From: Acidobacteriota bacterium
GTDB taxonomy: Bacteria; Acidobacteriota; UBA890; WLXD01
DNA: 64,000 nt
Assembly: GCA_963666215.2 (NCBI GenBank)
Contig: CAXWPL010000004.1
Coordinates: 224,001 to 288,000 of the forward strand
Direction: 5' to 3'
Of this stretch, positions 33,882-43,821 are shown piece by piece (positions within the stretch are counted from its first letter, which is position 1; every line of letters begins with the position of its first letter). The position numbers and the translations under genes were made by a program. Below the pieces are notes generated by a model, which was not told the DNA's origin, did no database searches, and was given only the letters and a program-made list of their open reading frames with translations.

Positions 33882-34547
33882 ATGGCCAGCCTCATCCTGC
33901 ACGAGCTCACCGGCTCTCCCAACAACGTCAAGGCGCGCATCGCGCTCGGCTACAAGGGCCTCGACTACGATCGCAAGGAGTTCCAGGCCGACTCCTTCCC
34001 CGGCGATCGCTCGCCGATCGTCGACGTCTCGCGACAGCCGCGCCTGCCCGTGCTGCAGCACGGCGAGACGGTAATCTTCGACTCCGGCTCGATCTTGCGC
34101 TACCTGGAAGCGAACTTCCCCGACTCCCCTCCGATCTTCAGCTCCGACTACACGAGCTTCGGTGAGATCGAGGGCTGGGAGTTGTTCGCCCGCACGCAGC
34201 TCGGCGAGCCGCTCGGAATGATGTTCGGCCAGTTCTTCGAGCCAGCGCCCGACGCCGAGGTCATCGCGGGGGCCAACCAGATGCTCAACGAGCGTACAGG
34301 CGCCCTCGAGGAGAAGCTCAGCCAGAGCAGCTTCCTCGTAGGCGATCATCTGACCGCCGCCGACATCGTCACCGCGGCACCGCTCTACCTCGCCGACATG
34401 ACACCGGCGATGGCGAGCCACCCGCTCGCCCAGTTCTTCCAGCCCAACCTGCGCCTCGGTGACGGCCGTGAAGCAACGCGCGCCTGGCTCCGCGCCACCA
34501 TGGCCCACGATGCGATCTTGGGCCAGCGCGAGATGGCAGTGGTCTAG
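33882..34547 (+). CDS. Glutathione S-transferase family protein
   Basis: SPNNVKARIALGYKGL, RLPVL, FDSGSILRYLE, FLVGDHLTAADI. Confidence 0.88.
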   Translation: MASLILHELTGSPNNVKARIALGYKGLDYDRKEFQADSFPGDRSPIVDVSRQPRLPVLQHGETVIFDSGSILRYLEANFPDSPPIFSSDYTSFGEIEGWELFARTQLGEPLGMMFGQFFEPAPDAEVIAGANQMLNERTGALEEKLSQSSFLVGDHLTAADIVTAAPLYLADMTPAMASHPLAQFFQPNLRLGDGREATRAWLRATMAHDAILGQREMAVV

Positions 34548-34557
34548 CTCGTTCCGC

Positions 34558-34587
34558 GGAGGGCCGGTCCTCAGGGGCCGGCCCTCC
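34558..34587. terminator. GC-rich hairpin between convergent genes
   Basis: GGAGGGCCGG-TCCTCAGGGG-CCGGCCCTCC inverted repeat; no U tract. Confidence 0.5.
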
Positions 34588-34606
34588 CGCTCCGTAGTGC
34601 CGGCAA

Positions 34607-35131
34607 TCAGTCGTCCGCGTTCAGCAGCGCGTCGATTGCCAGCACTGCCGCGGCCACCCGCTCCTCCACCTCCCCACGAGCCTCGACGAACGGAAGTCCT
34701 CGCTCTGTCAGAGCGCTCCGGAAGAGCTCCTGCATCTCCTCGCGGCGATCGCCGCGGTCGCGCTGATCGCCGTCGGCGGCCCACGGAATGTCGATTGCGG
34801 CCAACACGTACAGGTTGGCGGCACGTTGCGACAGCGCCTCGTCAATCCAGCCCGGGCAGTCGCCGTAGTAGTGACGGCTGTAGATCACGGTGCTGAGCAG
34901 GTCTGTGTCCTGCACGATCACGCGCGACGCCTCGGCCAGCAGCCGATCCTCGGACTCGATCTGGCCACGAGCGATCGCATCAACGTCACCGTACTCAGGA
35001 GCGGCGCCCTTTTCAGCCACGAACTGGCGCGCGTATTCCGGCGCGCACACGGTTGCGTAGTGCTCGGCCAGCGCCCGCGAGAGCGTGGTCTTGCCGGTGC
35101 ACTCGGAGCCTGTGACCACGACTCGAATCAT
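34607..35131 (-). CDS. NadR-like P-loop kinase/ATPase (AAA_28)
   Basis: VVTGSECTGKTTL, PEYAR, IARGQ, DTDLLST, IPWAADGDQRD. Confidence 0.88.
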   Translation of the reverse strand: MIRVVVTGSECTGKTTLSRALAEHYATVCAPEYARQFVAEKGAAPEYGDVDAIARGQIESEDRLLAEASRVIVQDTDLLSTVIYSRHYYGDCPGWIDEALSQRAANLYVLAAIDIPWAADGDQRDRGDRREEMQELFRSALTERGLPFVEARGEVEERVAAAVLAIDALLNADD

Positions 35132-35721
35132 GATCGTGCCGCCGCGAGGCCTGAACCGTTCTCGCTGGTGTTCATCGAGCGGCGCCACTGGATGAACCCG
35201 CTAACGGCGAGGACGATGAACACAGCGTACAGTCCGGCCGTCGGGTACAGCTCCTTGTAGAGGAACATGCCAACGTAGAAGACGTTGAGCACGATCCAGA
35301 TGGCCCAGGCGTCGAGCTGTTTGCGGGTTTGCATCCACTGCGCGACTACGCTGAACGCGGTGAGAGTGGAATCCAGAAAAGGCAGCGAGGCGTCGGTGGT
35401 GCGGCTCAGCGTTTGCCCGAGGGTGATGCTGGCCAGTGCGCCACCGCCGGCGAGCAGGAGCCAGGCGCCTCTCGTGGTCCGAGAGACCGGGAGCTCCCCG
35501 CCTCCCTCGCCACCGTGACTCCACGCCCACCAGCCGTACGCCGACATCGCGAAGTACAGGCCTTGCAGGCCCATGTCGGCGTAAAGCTTGGCCTCGTAAA
35601 ACACGAGGCCGTACAGCGCCACGCCAACCATCGCCAGAGGCCAGCACGCGATCACCTGGCGAGTCGTCAGGTAGACCGCTGCCAAGGTGATCACGACGGC
35701 AGCGATTTCGAGCGGGCTCAT
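35128..35721 (-). CDS. pnuC: PnuC-family vitamin transporter (probably thiamine, PnuT-type)
   Basis: LYADMGLQ, YGWWAW, PFLDS, AQWMQTRK, WAIWI; located in a TPP riboswitch operon. Confidence 0.9.
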   Translation of the reverse strand: MSPLEIAAVVITLAAVYLTTRQVIACWPLAMVGVALYGLVFYEAKLYADMGLQGLYFAMSAYGWWAWSHGGEGGGELPVSRTTRGAWLLLAGGGALASITLGQTLSRTTDASLPFLDSTLTAFSVVAQWMQTRKQLDAWAIWIVLNVFYVGMFLYKELYPTAGLYAVFIVLAVSGFIQWRRSMNTSENGSGLAAARS

Positions 35722-35805
35722 GTGTCTAACGCGCCTCGCCGGGCAGTGTCCCGCGCCGCGCTATCGCCGCCCCACACCGGGCAGACTGGTCGGATCGCGA
35801 AAACC

Positions 35806-38223
35806 TCAAAAATCGAACTGTAGCGACACCACCACGTTGCGTGTGGCGAGCGGGTAGTAGAACGGAATGCCGTCGAGCGCATCGCCGCCGGTTCCCCGGG
35901 TAACGAACTGGTAGCTGTAACCGCTGCCGAACTGGTTGTCGCTGTTGACAAGGTTGTTGACGAAGAGAACCAGCCGCGGACGATGCAGCGCAGCCCACCG
36001 CTCGAGCCCGAACGACGCTCGCAGGTCGAGGTTGGTGTACGACGGCAGGCGCAGACTGGCGACGTTGGTGTTGTCGAGCTGCGACTCCGCCACGTGGCGT
36101 CCGACGAGCATCAGGCTGGTCTCGCCACGCGTCCACTCGATACCCAAATTGGCAATCAGGCCGGGCGTCAGCAGCGGCTCGACGTCGACATAGACCGTCG
36201 GCTCGCTACCAACGAACGCGCCGTCCGCATCATAAACGTCGATGAACTGCGTCCACTCGCGAATACGATTGCTGCTGATGTTGAGGCTGTGGAAGGCCGA
36301 CCAGTTCGGTGCCGGCCGCCAGCGCAGGTCGAGCTCGATGCCACGGCGGTAGGAGGTGTCGACATTGCGGCGCAAAGGTAGTCCGATGTCCGAGAGTTCG
36401 CCGGTGAGCGCGATCTCGTCGCGAAACTCCATCGCGTAGACGTTTGCCTGCACCGACCAGCGCCGCGTGTTGACGTTGACGCCCGCCTCGAAGTCCACCA
36501 CCGACTCGACGCGCACCGCCTCGAGATCGTGCCGCACCGTCGCGTTGTCTTCCCCCGACAGCATGTCCAGCCGCCCCGGCTCGCGCTGCGCCCGACCCAC
36601 CGAGGCGTACGCGCTCACACTCGGCGCGAGGTGCACGCGAGCGCCGACCTTGGGGTCGAGGAACGTCCAGCTGACCGACCCGAGATCAATGTCACCCTCG
36701 TAGGAGAAGTCGGCGTAGCGCAGCTGCAGGTCGCCATACAGGAGCCAGTTGTCGCTCAGCCGATACTCGATCTTTCCGAACACATTGGCCGTTTGCTTGA
36801 AGCCGGTGTTCACGTACAGCCGGGTGCTGGCGTCGTCGCCGATCTGCAGGTCGTGGTCGCCGCTGAAGTCGTTGTAGTGCGCACCCACCGAAGCCGAGAA
36901 TCGCTCGCTGTTCTTGCTGAGCGTGATCGTGGAGCCGTAGAACTGCTGATCGATGCCGAACTGCAGCAAGTTGCTCTGCGCCGCCGGGTCGTCCCAAATG
37001 CGGAACCAGCCCTGTGCGCCGTTGTAGTAGGCCGACGCCGTCAGGAGGCCATCGTCGCCAAGCACGCGTGTGTACTTGAGCTGTGCGAAATCCTGGCCGA
37101 AATCGTCGCGCTCCGCGCTATCGAGCGCGTTGAAGCGACGGTTCTGGCTCAGGGTGTCCGGATCAACGGCAAGAAACGAAAGCTGCGACCGTTCTTTCCC
37201 AAAGAACGCGAACAACTTCAGCGAGTCGCGCTCGCCGCGCCAACCAGCGTTCGCGAACACCGTCCGGTGCTCGCTGCCGGAACGGTCGCGGTAGCCGTCG
37301 GTGTTGGCGTAAGAAAAGCGCCCGCCCAGGTGGAAGCCGCTTCCGAGCACCCCCGATTCGTAGCCAAGCGATACCCGCTGGGTGTCGTACGCACCGACGG
37401 TCACACGAGCGTCTCCGCCGCTTCGAGTCGCGGCCGCGGGGCTGGCGAAGTTGATCGAGCCGCCGTACGACGGCGACCCTACCGACGACGTGCCGACCCC
37501 GCGCTGGATCTGGATGCTGTCGACCGCGCTCGTGAAGTCGCTGAAGTTGTTGAAGAAGAGCGCGTGGTCGGCAGGGTCGTTCAACGGTGCCCCATCGAGC
37601 GTGATGTTGATGCGGCTCTGCTGAATTCCGCGCAGGCTCAGGTAGGAGTAGTTGGAGCCAGCGCCGGAGTCCGAGTACCAGGTGATCGAGGGCGTGTGCT
37701 GCAACAGCGCCGGGGTGTCCTGCCCGTGACTGAACATCTCGATTTCCTGATGAGTCATGTTCCGCTTGGTGACCGGAACGTCGTCACCGGCACGGATCCC
37801 GACGACCGCCACCGACTCCTCGACCGTGGTGATCCACTCGAGACGCAGCTCGAGCTCGACTCCATCCACCGAGATCCTCGCAGAGGCTCGAACACCCTTG
37901 AACTCCGGATGGATTACCTCGAGATCGAGCACGCCAGGCGGAAGATGGAGAGCGAAGCGACCGTCCTCGTCGGTGGTCGCCCATGCTCCGTCGACTGGCA
38001 GCGCCGATTGGACCGTAGCTCCTGCCACTGGCTCACCCGTGGGGTCGACGACGACGCCGCGTACTTCGACCGTTGCCTGGGCCGCGTGCACAGGTAGCGC
38101 GAAGACAACTTGGAACAAGAGTCCGGTCCACATCGCGGCCACCGCCAGCAACGCGCCCGATCTCGAGGCGCAGAGGCATCGACGAGGCATCTGCGAGTGG
38201 GTTCGATGACGTGAGTGGACCAT
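35806..38223 (-). CDS. TonB-dependent receptor, probably thiamine
   Basis: N-terminal carboxypeptidase-regulatory-like domain, plug (LSLRG...QRGVGTSSVG...GGSINF), barrel with terminal Phe; downstream of a TPP riboswitch. Confidence 0.9.
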   Translation of the reverse strand: MVHSRHRTHSQMPRRCLCASRSGALLAVAAMWTGLLFQVVFALPVHAAQATVEVRGVVVDPTGEPVAGATVQSALPVDGAWATTDEDGRFALHLPPGVLDLEVIHPEFKGVRASARISVDGVELELRLEWITTVEESVAVVGIRAGDDVPVTKRNMTHQEIEMFSHGQDTPALLQHTPSITWYSDSGAGSNYSYLSLRGIQQSRINITLDGAPLNDPADHALFFNNFSDFTSAVDSIQIQRGVGTSSVGSPSYGGSINFASPAAATRSGGDARVTVGAYDTQRVSLGYESGVLGSGFHLGGRFSYANTDGYRDRSGSEHRTVFANAGWRGERDSLKLFAFFGKERSQLSFLAVDPDTLSQNRRFNALDSAERDDFGQDFAQLKYTRVLGDDGLLTASAYYNGAQGWFRIWDDPAAQSNLLQFGIDQQFYGSTITLSKNSERFSASVGAHYNDFSGDHDLQIGDDASTRLYVNTGFKQTANVFGKIEYRLSDNWLLYGDLQLRYADFSYEGDIDLGSVSWTFLDPKVGARVHLAPSVSAYASVGRAQREPGRLDMLSGEDNATVRHDLEAVRVESVVDFEAGVNVNTRRWSVQANVYAMEFRDEIALTGELSDIGLPLRRNVDTSYRRGIELDLRWRPAPNWSAFHSLNISSNRIREWTQFIDVYDADGAFVGSEPTVYVDVEPLLTPGLIANLGIEWTRGETSLMLVGRHVAESQLDNTNVASLRLPSYTNLDLRASFGLERWAALHRPRLVLFVNNLVNSDNQFGSGYSYQFVTRGTGGDALDGIPFYYPLATRNVVVSLQFDF

Positions 38224-38302
38224 GGTCCTTCTCCGTGTACGCAGCGCGCGACAGGCACGCTGACTTGCCGACCGATCGAGTACCGCCACGCTACGCGCGG
38301 CC

Positions 38303-38375
38303 GCCGCTCCCTACGCCGGTGCTAACCGGATCAGGTTCGAGGGTCTGATCTCAGGCCGAATGACCACCCCTAGGC
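38303..38375 (-). ncRNA. TPP riboswitch (THI element)
   Basis: Minus strand CTAGGGGTG...CTGAGA...ACCC..GAACCTGATCCGGTTAGCACCGGCGTAGGGA matches the TPP consensus. Confidence 0.95.
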
Positions 38376-38499
38376 TTTCGTATGCACGATTATGACGCCG
38401 TTCCATGCGCCAAGTCAAATCACGGTGGCGCTAGATCTCCCGGGCCGGAGAACCGCCTCGATCGCGGCTAGACTGAAACACGCTCCGACCCGCTACACG

Positions 38500-39447
38500 A
38501 TGAGCCTCGTGGTCGGCAAGTCGGTGGGGCACATGATTCGCACGCTGAAGCGCAGATGGGTGAGGGCGTCGTGGCAACGTCGCATCGCGCGTGGACGCGT
38601 GAATCTGGATCTGAACCGCGCCGTCCCCGCCGCCGCGACCGACGAGGCGCTGGGGCGGGCGCTTGGCGCGGCAGTCGAGACCCTTGACATTCCGCGAAGC
38701 GCATACGACGCCGCGGCGAGGCATCCCGAACTGCGTGATCGGCATCGAGACGGTCATGTGCATCGCCAGATTCTCGAGTACACGACGTCGCTCTATCTGC
38801 TGGCGCCAGCGAGCAACCACGTGGTGCTCGACCTCGCGGGTGGTGACACCACCTGGCTGACGCTCGTGAGCGACACCGTGACGCCGGCGCGGCTGATCCT
38901 GCAGGACCCCCTCGTGACCAAGGCGGTGGCCGAGGCCAGTGCCGACCTCATCGAACGGATCGGTGGTTCGGCGGCGTCACTCCCGTTGCCCGACGCGTCG
39001 GTCGACCGCATTGCCTGCCATCACTCGATCGAGCACTTCCGAGGTGACGACGATATCGGCGCGGCCCGCGAGATCGCGCGCGTGCTCGCTCCTGGGGGCC
39101 GTGCGGTCGTACTGCCTGTGTTCGTGACGCCGCGTTCGATGGAGCTGTGGAACCGCAAGCCCGAGCTCCCGCTCCAAGAGCCGTCGGCCGACCTGATGAT
39201 CGACCGTACCTCCACCCTCCCAGGGTGGGGGCCGTTCGAGGGCTTCGCGCGCTCCTACGACCCGGAAGCGCTCGCGCGCCGACTTCTGCAGCCTCTGCGC
39301 GACAGCGGATGCCGCGTGCACGTCGCGAACGCGACGCTGGAGGGCGCCGTCGTGCCGGATCTGGCGTTCAATCGCGAGCTGCCGGCGCTCGCCCGCCCCA
39401 TGCGTTTGCTCGTCGTGGAAGGCGAGGATCGCAGCCACCTAGGCTAG
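38500..39447 (+). CDS. Class I SAM-dependent methyltransferase
   Basis: VLDLAGG, LPLPDASVD, HSIEHF, EIARVLAPGG; start uncertain. Confidence 0.8.
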   Translation: MSLVVGKSVGHMIRTLKRRWVRASWQRRIARGRVNLDLNRAVPAAATDEALGRALGAAVETLDIPRSAYDAAARHPELRDRHRDGHVHRQILEYTTSLYLLAPASNHVVLDLAGGDTTWLTLVSDTVTPARLILQDPLVTKAVAEASADLIERIGGSAASLPLPDASVDRIACHHSIEHFRGDDDIGAAREIARVLAPGGRAVVLPVFVTPRSMELWNRKPELPLQEPSADLMIDRTSTLPGWGPFEGFARSYDPEALARRLLQPLRDSGCRVHVANATLEGAVVPDLAFNRELPALARPMRLLVVEGEDRSHLG

Positions 39448-40389
39448 GTCCTGTGCGCGAATGCCGAGTCGATCGGCGTACCTTCCCTCACGCGCCCAGT
39501 CGTCGGGAAGCTCCTCTTTCCACATCTCACCCAGGTACGACTGCCCAAAAGGCCCGAAGTGGGCGCCGAGGCACGGATAAGGTGCGAGCTCGCCGAAGAC
39601 CGGTCCTCGTTTCGGCATGTAGAAATCCAGTCGAACGGCGATCTCGTAAAGCCGGCCGATCTTGGCTGCGCATCGCAACAGCTCGTCGAGGCGCGCGGGG
39701 GCGTCGCAGCGGGCATCTCGACCGTGCTTTCCGAAGAGATTGTGCTCGAATGCTTCCCATTCCGGCGAGTAGAACCGATTCACGGTACGCGCCGTCCCGA
39801 CCCGGCGACGAAGAACCCGAATCGCGGCAATGCGACTCCCGAACATGAAACAGTTGTACTCGGTCGGCAAGGGCCCGTCGTCCCGATGGTCCTGGATGAG
39901 CTCCTCGACCAGGAGAGGATTCCCCAAATGGGACCACCGTTCCGCAGCCAGCCGCCTGCCAAGATCGCGAGGCGTGAGGTCGATCTGCCGGAAGGCTTCA
40001 CGTCCGTCCACCATCACGTATACGCCGTGGCAGTCGCCGCCGAAGCAGGGCTTCAAAACGAAGCGTCGCGGCAGGGATTCGAAAGGAATCCTGCTCACAT
40101 GGCGTCCCGAGGCGAGAAGTTTCGGAACCCCGACACCAGCGCGCTCGGCGAAGATACGCGAATTCAACTTCTTCGCCAGAATGCGCTGCCAATCGTCGCA
40201 ACAACGCCAGGAGTCGTCCGGGTCTGTCACGTGGCGCGGCGGCGTCAGCTCTTTGAATCTGTGTGCCCGCCATCGCAGCTTCTGGATTGGGTTGGCAAGC
40301 TGCGGGTGCCACCAACGCCGGTAGCGAGCCCGAAAACGACGGCCAACCTCTCCGAGCGGCAATCGTCCATGACGAAACGACTCACTCAC
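39439..40389 (-). CDS. ATP-grasp protein (TupA-like)
   Basis: K...R.FA...GVGVP, LPRRFVLKP, LLVEELI, EYNCFMF, VRLDFY, FGEL; RBS GGAG before GTG 40389. Confidence 0.8.
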   Translation of the reverse strand: MSESFRHGRLPLGEVGRRFRARYRRWWHPQLANPIQKLRWRAHRFKELTPPRHVTDPDDSWRCCDDWQRILAKKLNSRIFAERAGVGVPKLLASGRHVSRIPFESLPRRFVLKPCFGGDCHGVYVMVDGREAFRQIDLTPRDLGRRLAAERWSHLGNPLLVEELIQDHRDDGPLPTEYNCFMFGSRIAAIRVLRRRVGTARTVNRFYSPEWEAFEHNLFGKHGRDARCDAPARLDELLRCAAKIGRLYEIAVRLDFYMPKRGPVFGELAPYPCLGAHFGPFGQSYLGEMWKEELPDDWAREGRYADRLGIRAQDLA

Positions 40390-40390
40390 T

Positions 40391-41410
40391 TCACGACTCC
40401 ACCCCGCTGACGACACCGCTGATCAGGTTGCCGCCTCGCAGAGCAGTCTCGTCGATGCTCGGACTGGCCGCAACAACGTTGGCGGCGCGCCGGCAAAGAT
40501 CGTCCTCCAAACGGCGCGCGGCGGCCTCGGCGGCGGCCACGGAGACGGCCTCGAAGCGCAACCGGTCTCTGGGCCTCAGCCGTCCGACGGCCGGCAGATC
40601 GGCCGACATCACCGTGGCGATCTTGGGATAACCACCGGTGGTTTGGTGATCGGCGAGCAGCAGGATCGGTTGGCCCGATCCGGGCACCTGAATCGCCCCG
40701 GTGACGATGCCGTCCGAGACGATGTCGTGACCCTCGCGGTGCTCGAGATCGGGGCCCGCGAGACGCATCCCCATGCGATCGGCATCGGCGGAAACCTGGA
40801 AGGGCTCGCTGAGGAACTTCTCGATCGCGATCGTCGTGAAGAGCTGGTGCTGCGGCCCGAGGACGACGCGAAGCCGCTCACACGGAGTCAGATCGGGCGG
40901 CTCGGCGAGCCGCACCTCGGGGCGCTCGTCGGCGGCGTCGCGGACGAGCGGCAAAAGGTCGCCCGACCGCAGAGCCCGTCCCTCGAAGCCACCTAGCGCG
41001 CTGCGGCTCGTCGTCGACCAGCTGCCGAGCACGGGATCGAGAGCCAGACCGCCGCCAACCGCGAGGTAGCCGCACCACGCGACCGTGGCGCCAACACGAA
41101 GTTGCTCGCCGCGCTCCAGGCGCACGCTGTGCCAGGCCGGCACGACGCGGGAACGAGCCCCCAGCACCTCGATCTCGGCGCTGGCCGCCACCCTCACCGA
41201 ATCGGCGGCAACGGCGAGGGTGAGTCCGCCGTAGAAGAGCTCGAGCGCCGCTGTCGTGCCGTCGTTGCCGACGACGGCGTTGACCAGCCGCAGCGAGACT
41301 GCGTCGAGCGCACCCGACACTGGCACACCGAGCGCTTGATAGCCGAAGCGCCCGAAGTCTTGCACCGTCGTGTGCAGGGCCGGTTGGACGATCTCCAGGG
41401 CCGCGGTCAC
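40391..41410 (-). CDS. pxpC: 5-oxoprolinase subunit C
   Basis: TTVQDFGR.G, GVPVSGALD, DRMGMRL, GAIQVPGSGQPILLLADHQTTGGYPKIA. Confidence 0.92.
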   Translation of the reverse strand: MTAALEIVQPALHTTVQDFGRFGYQALGVPVSGALDAVSLRLVNAVVGNDGTTAALELFYGGLTLAVAADSVRVAASAEIEVLGARSRVVPAWHSVRLERGEQLRVGATVAWCGYLAVGGGLALDPVLGSWSTTSRSALGGFEGRALRSGDLLPLVRDAADERPEVRLAEPPDLTPCERLRVVLGPQHQLFTTIAIEKFLSEPFQVSADADRMGMRLAGPDLEHREGHDIVSDGIVTGAIQVPGSGQPILLLADHQTTGGYPKIATVMSADLPAVGRLRPRDRLRFEAVSVAAAEAAARRLEDDLCRRAANVVAASPSIDETALRGGNLISGVVSGVES

Positions 41411-42147
41411 GGAACCGGCTCCGAGGTCGGCACGAGCTCGCCCTTGGCAGCTGCCACGGCCAGGCGGTCGAACTCGGCCCGCGAGACCGAGTCGAACGCC
41501 ACCTGGTCGCCAGGTCGCAGCACCGCCGGCGGCTCCCGAGTGGGATCGAAAAGAGAGAGCGGCGGCGTGCGGCCGATCAGATGCCAGCCCCCCGGGTTCT
41601 CGGCGGTGTAGATCGCGGTCAGGCTGGTGGCTATCGCAACCGAGCCCGCCGGAACCCGGACACGCGGCGTCGAGCGTCGAGGCAGCTGGAGCTCCTCGGG
41701 AACGTCTCCCATATAGGGAAAGCCGGGCAGGAAGCCGAGCATGTACACGTGGTAGCGTCCCGCGGCATGGCGACCAACGACTTCAGCGGGCGACAGATCG
41801 GCCTGGAGCGCGACCTCTTCGAGATCGGGTGCCAGCTCACCCTCGTAGCAAACAGGCAGCCGCCAGAGACGCGTGGGCTCGGCGTTCTCGCCAGGGGCGT
41901 CGACGAGAGCTTCGATCTCCGCGGCGAGCCGCTCCGACGACGTTACGCGAGGGTCGTAGTGGACCAACAGCGAGCGGAATGTCGGCACCGTCTCCACCAC
42001 GCCGGCCATCGCACCGGCAACCGCGGCCTTGGCGATACGCTCGCCGAGACGCACGACCTCGGTGCTCAGCCCGCGATCGATGCGGTTGCCGAGCTCGACG
42101 GTCAGCGCGGTGTCACCGGAAGGCAGGAAGCGTGGCAATAGGGTCAA
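41407..42147 (-). CDS. pxpB: 5-oxoprolinase subunit B
   Basis: GDTALTVE, VPTFRSLLV, LPVCY, GFLPGFPY, PRRSTPR, PGGWHLIGRT. Confidence 0.92.
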   Translation of the reverse strand: MTLLPRFLPSGDTALTVELGNRIDRGLSTEVVRLGERIAKAAVAGAMAGVVETVPTFRSLLVHYDPRVTSSERLAAEIEALVDAPGENAEPTRLWRLPVCYEGELAPDLEEVALQADLSPAEVVGRHAAGRYHVYMLGFLPGFPYMGDVPEELQLPRRSTPRVRVPAGSVAIATSLTAIYTAENPGGWHLIGRTPPLSLFDPTREPPAVLRPGDQVAFDSVSRAEFDRLAVAAAKGELVPTSEPVP

Positions 42148-42207
42148 TTCACTCAATTCCCGAAGTCGCGAGAGTCGCGCCGCAGCAATCGGAGGAGCTT
42201 GGGCGTC

Positions 42208-42984
42208 ATGGTGACTGAGATCAACCTCAATGCTGACATGGGTGAGGGCTTCGGAGCCTACGACATCGGCGACGACGAATCTCTCCTGAAGATCATCCGT
42301 TCGGCCAACGTTGCCTGTGGCTTCCACGCCGGCGACCCGGTTGTCATGCGCCGGCTCGTCATGCGGGCCCAGCGCGAAGGCGTCAGCGTGGGAGCCCACC
42401 CCGGCTTTCCGGACCTCGCGGGCTTCGGCCGGCGACGCCTGGACATGAAGCCCGACGAGCTCGAGTACGCCGTTGCCTACCAGATCGGTGCGCTGCAGGC
42501 CATGGCCGCCTATGGTGGGCTGCCCGTCACCCACGTCAAGGCGCACGGCGCGCTCAACAACATGGCCGCCGAAAGCCCCGAGCTGGCCAACGCCATCGGC
42601 AAGGCGATCCAGACCGTTGATTCGAGCCTGATCTACCTGGCTCCCGCCGGGTCAGAGATGCAGCGGGCGGGCGAGGAGCTCGGACTGCGCGTGGCCACCG
42701 AGGGCTTCGCCGACCGCACCTACGAGGACGACGGCAACCTGACGTCGCGAAAGATCGACGGCAGCGTGATCCGAGATCCGCAGGTCGCACGCGATCGGGT
42801 CGTGCAGATGGTCCAGGAGCAGACCATCACGGCGCGCTCCGGCAAGAAGATCCCCTGTCGCATCAACAGCATCTGCGTCCACGGCGACGAGCCGACGGCG
42901 ATCACCGTGGCCCGCGCCGTCCGCGAAGGCCTCGAAGCCGCAGGCATCGCCATCGTGCCGCTACCCGAGCTGTCGATCGGCTGA
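42208..42984 (+). CDS. pxpA: 5-oxoprolinase subunit A (LamB/YcsF)
   Basis: NLNADMGEG, ANVACGFHAGDP, GAHPG.PD..GFGRR, HVKAHGAL, ICVHGD. Confidence 0.95.
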   Translation: MVTEINLNADMGEGFGAYDIGDDESLLKIIRSANVACGFHAGDPVVMRRLVMRAQREGVSVGAHPGFPDLAGFGRRRLDMKPDELEYAVAYQIGALQAMAAYGGLPVTHVKAHGALNNMAAESPELANAIGKAIQTVDSSLIYLAPAGSEMQRAGEELGLRVATEGFADRTYEDDGNLTSRKIDGSVIRDPQVARDRVVQMVQEQTITARSGKKIPCRINSICVHGDEPTAITVARAVREGLEAAGIAIVPLPELSIG

Positions 42985-43025
42985 GCGCCGTACCCCACGG
43001 AGTCCTTCTTCGTGTGCCGCTCCCG

Positions 43026-43535
43026 CTAGTCGGTGACTCCCAACGGAACCTCGTCGCCGAACACTTGCGTACGCTTCATGATCCTGCGCTGGGACGACGG
43101 GAACGGCTCGCGGTAGTGCAGCGTCGGCCGGTTGTCCCAGATCACCAGATCCTTCACCGCCCAATCGTGCGTGAAAGCCAGCTCCGGCCGCGCCAGGTGG
43201 TCGAAGAGCCGTTGCAGTAGCGCGTCACTGTCGTCGCGCGATAAGCCCAGAACGCGGCGCGTGAAATGGGGGCTGACGTAGAGGCTGCGCCGGCCCGTCT
43301 CCGGGTGCACTCGTACGACGGGATGGTCCACCGACTCCGGAGGGTTCTGACCCTCCTCCGGGTGACGGTGCACCGCGCGCAGTGGCAGGATGCGCTCCTT
43401 CGTGGCCTGGTCCAGGGTCTCGTAGGCCGCCGTTCCGCTGACCCACGTGGTTCGCCCTCCGGTGGCCGGCACCTCGAGGGCGCGGAGCACCGAGATCGTG
43501 CCGGGTTTCGGCATGTACGCCAGGTCGGAGTGGGA
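43026..43535 (-). pseudogene. TauD/TfdA dioxygenase C-terminal remnant
   Basis: HSDLAY...GGRT...HPVVRVHPETGRRSLY...DLVIWDNRPTLH; the N-terminal ~100 aa before HxD are missing. Confidence 0.8.
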
Positions 43536-43566
43536 GCCCAGAATCGGGACGGAACGTCGGGCAGGC

Positions 43567-43821
43567 TCATCCGCGGTTCACCGCCTCGCGCAGCTCCTTG
43601 TCACTGACACTCAGTCGCCGCGCCTCCCGCCTCAGCTCCTCAACCGCGTGCTTGAGCCGCTCGCGCCGTTCCATCACGCTCAGCTGCGGCGGCTCCGACG
43701 CAACCCGACTCCCGGCGCCACTGTTGGTCACGATGACGCCATCGCTCTCGAGCTCGACGTAGGCCCGCGAGACGGTGTTGCGGTTTACCCGCAGCTGTAC
43801 GGCGAGCTCGCGCATCGTCGA
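43567..43821 (-). pseudogene. GntR/YtrA regulator, 5'-truncated
   Basis: STMRELAVQLRVNRNTVSRAYVELESDGV...GAGSRVA. Confidence 0.8.
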
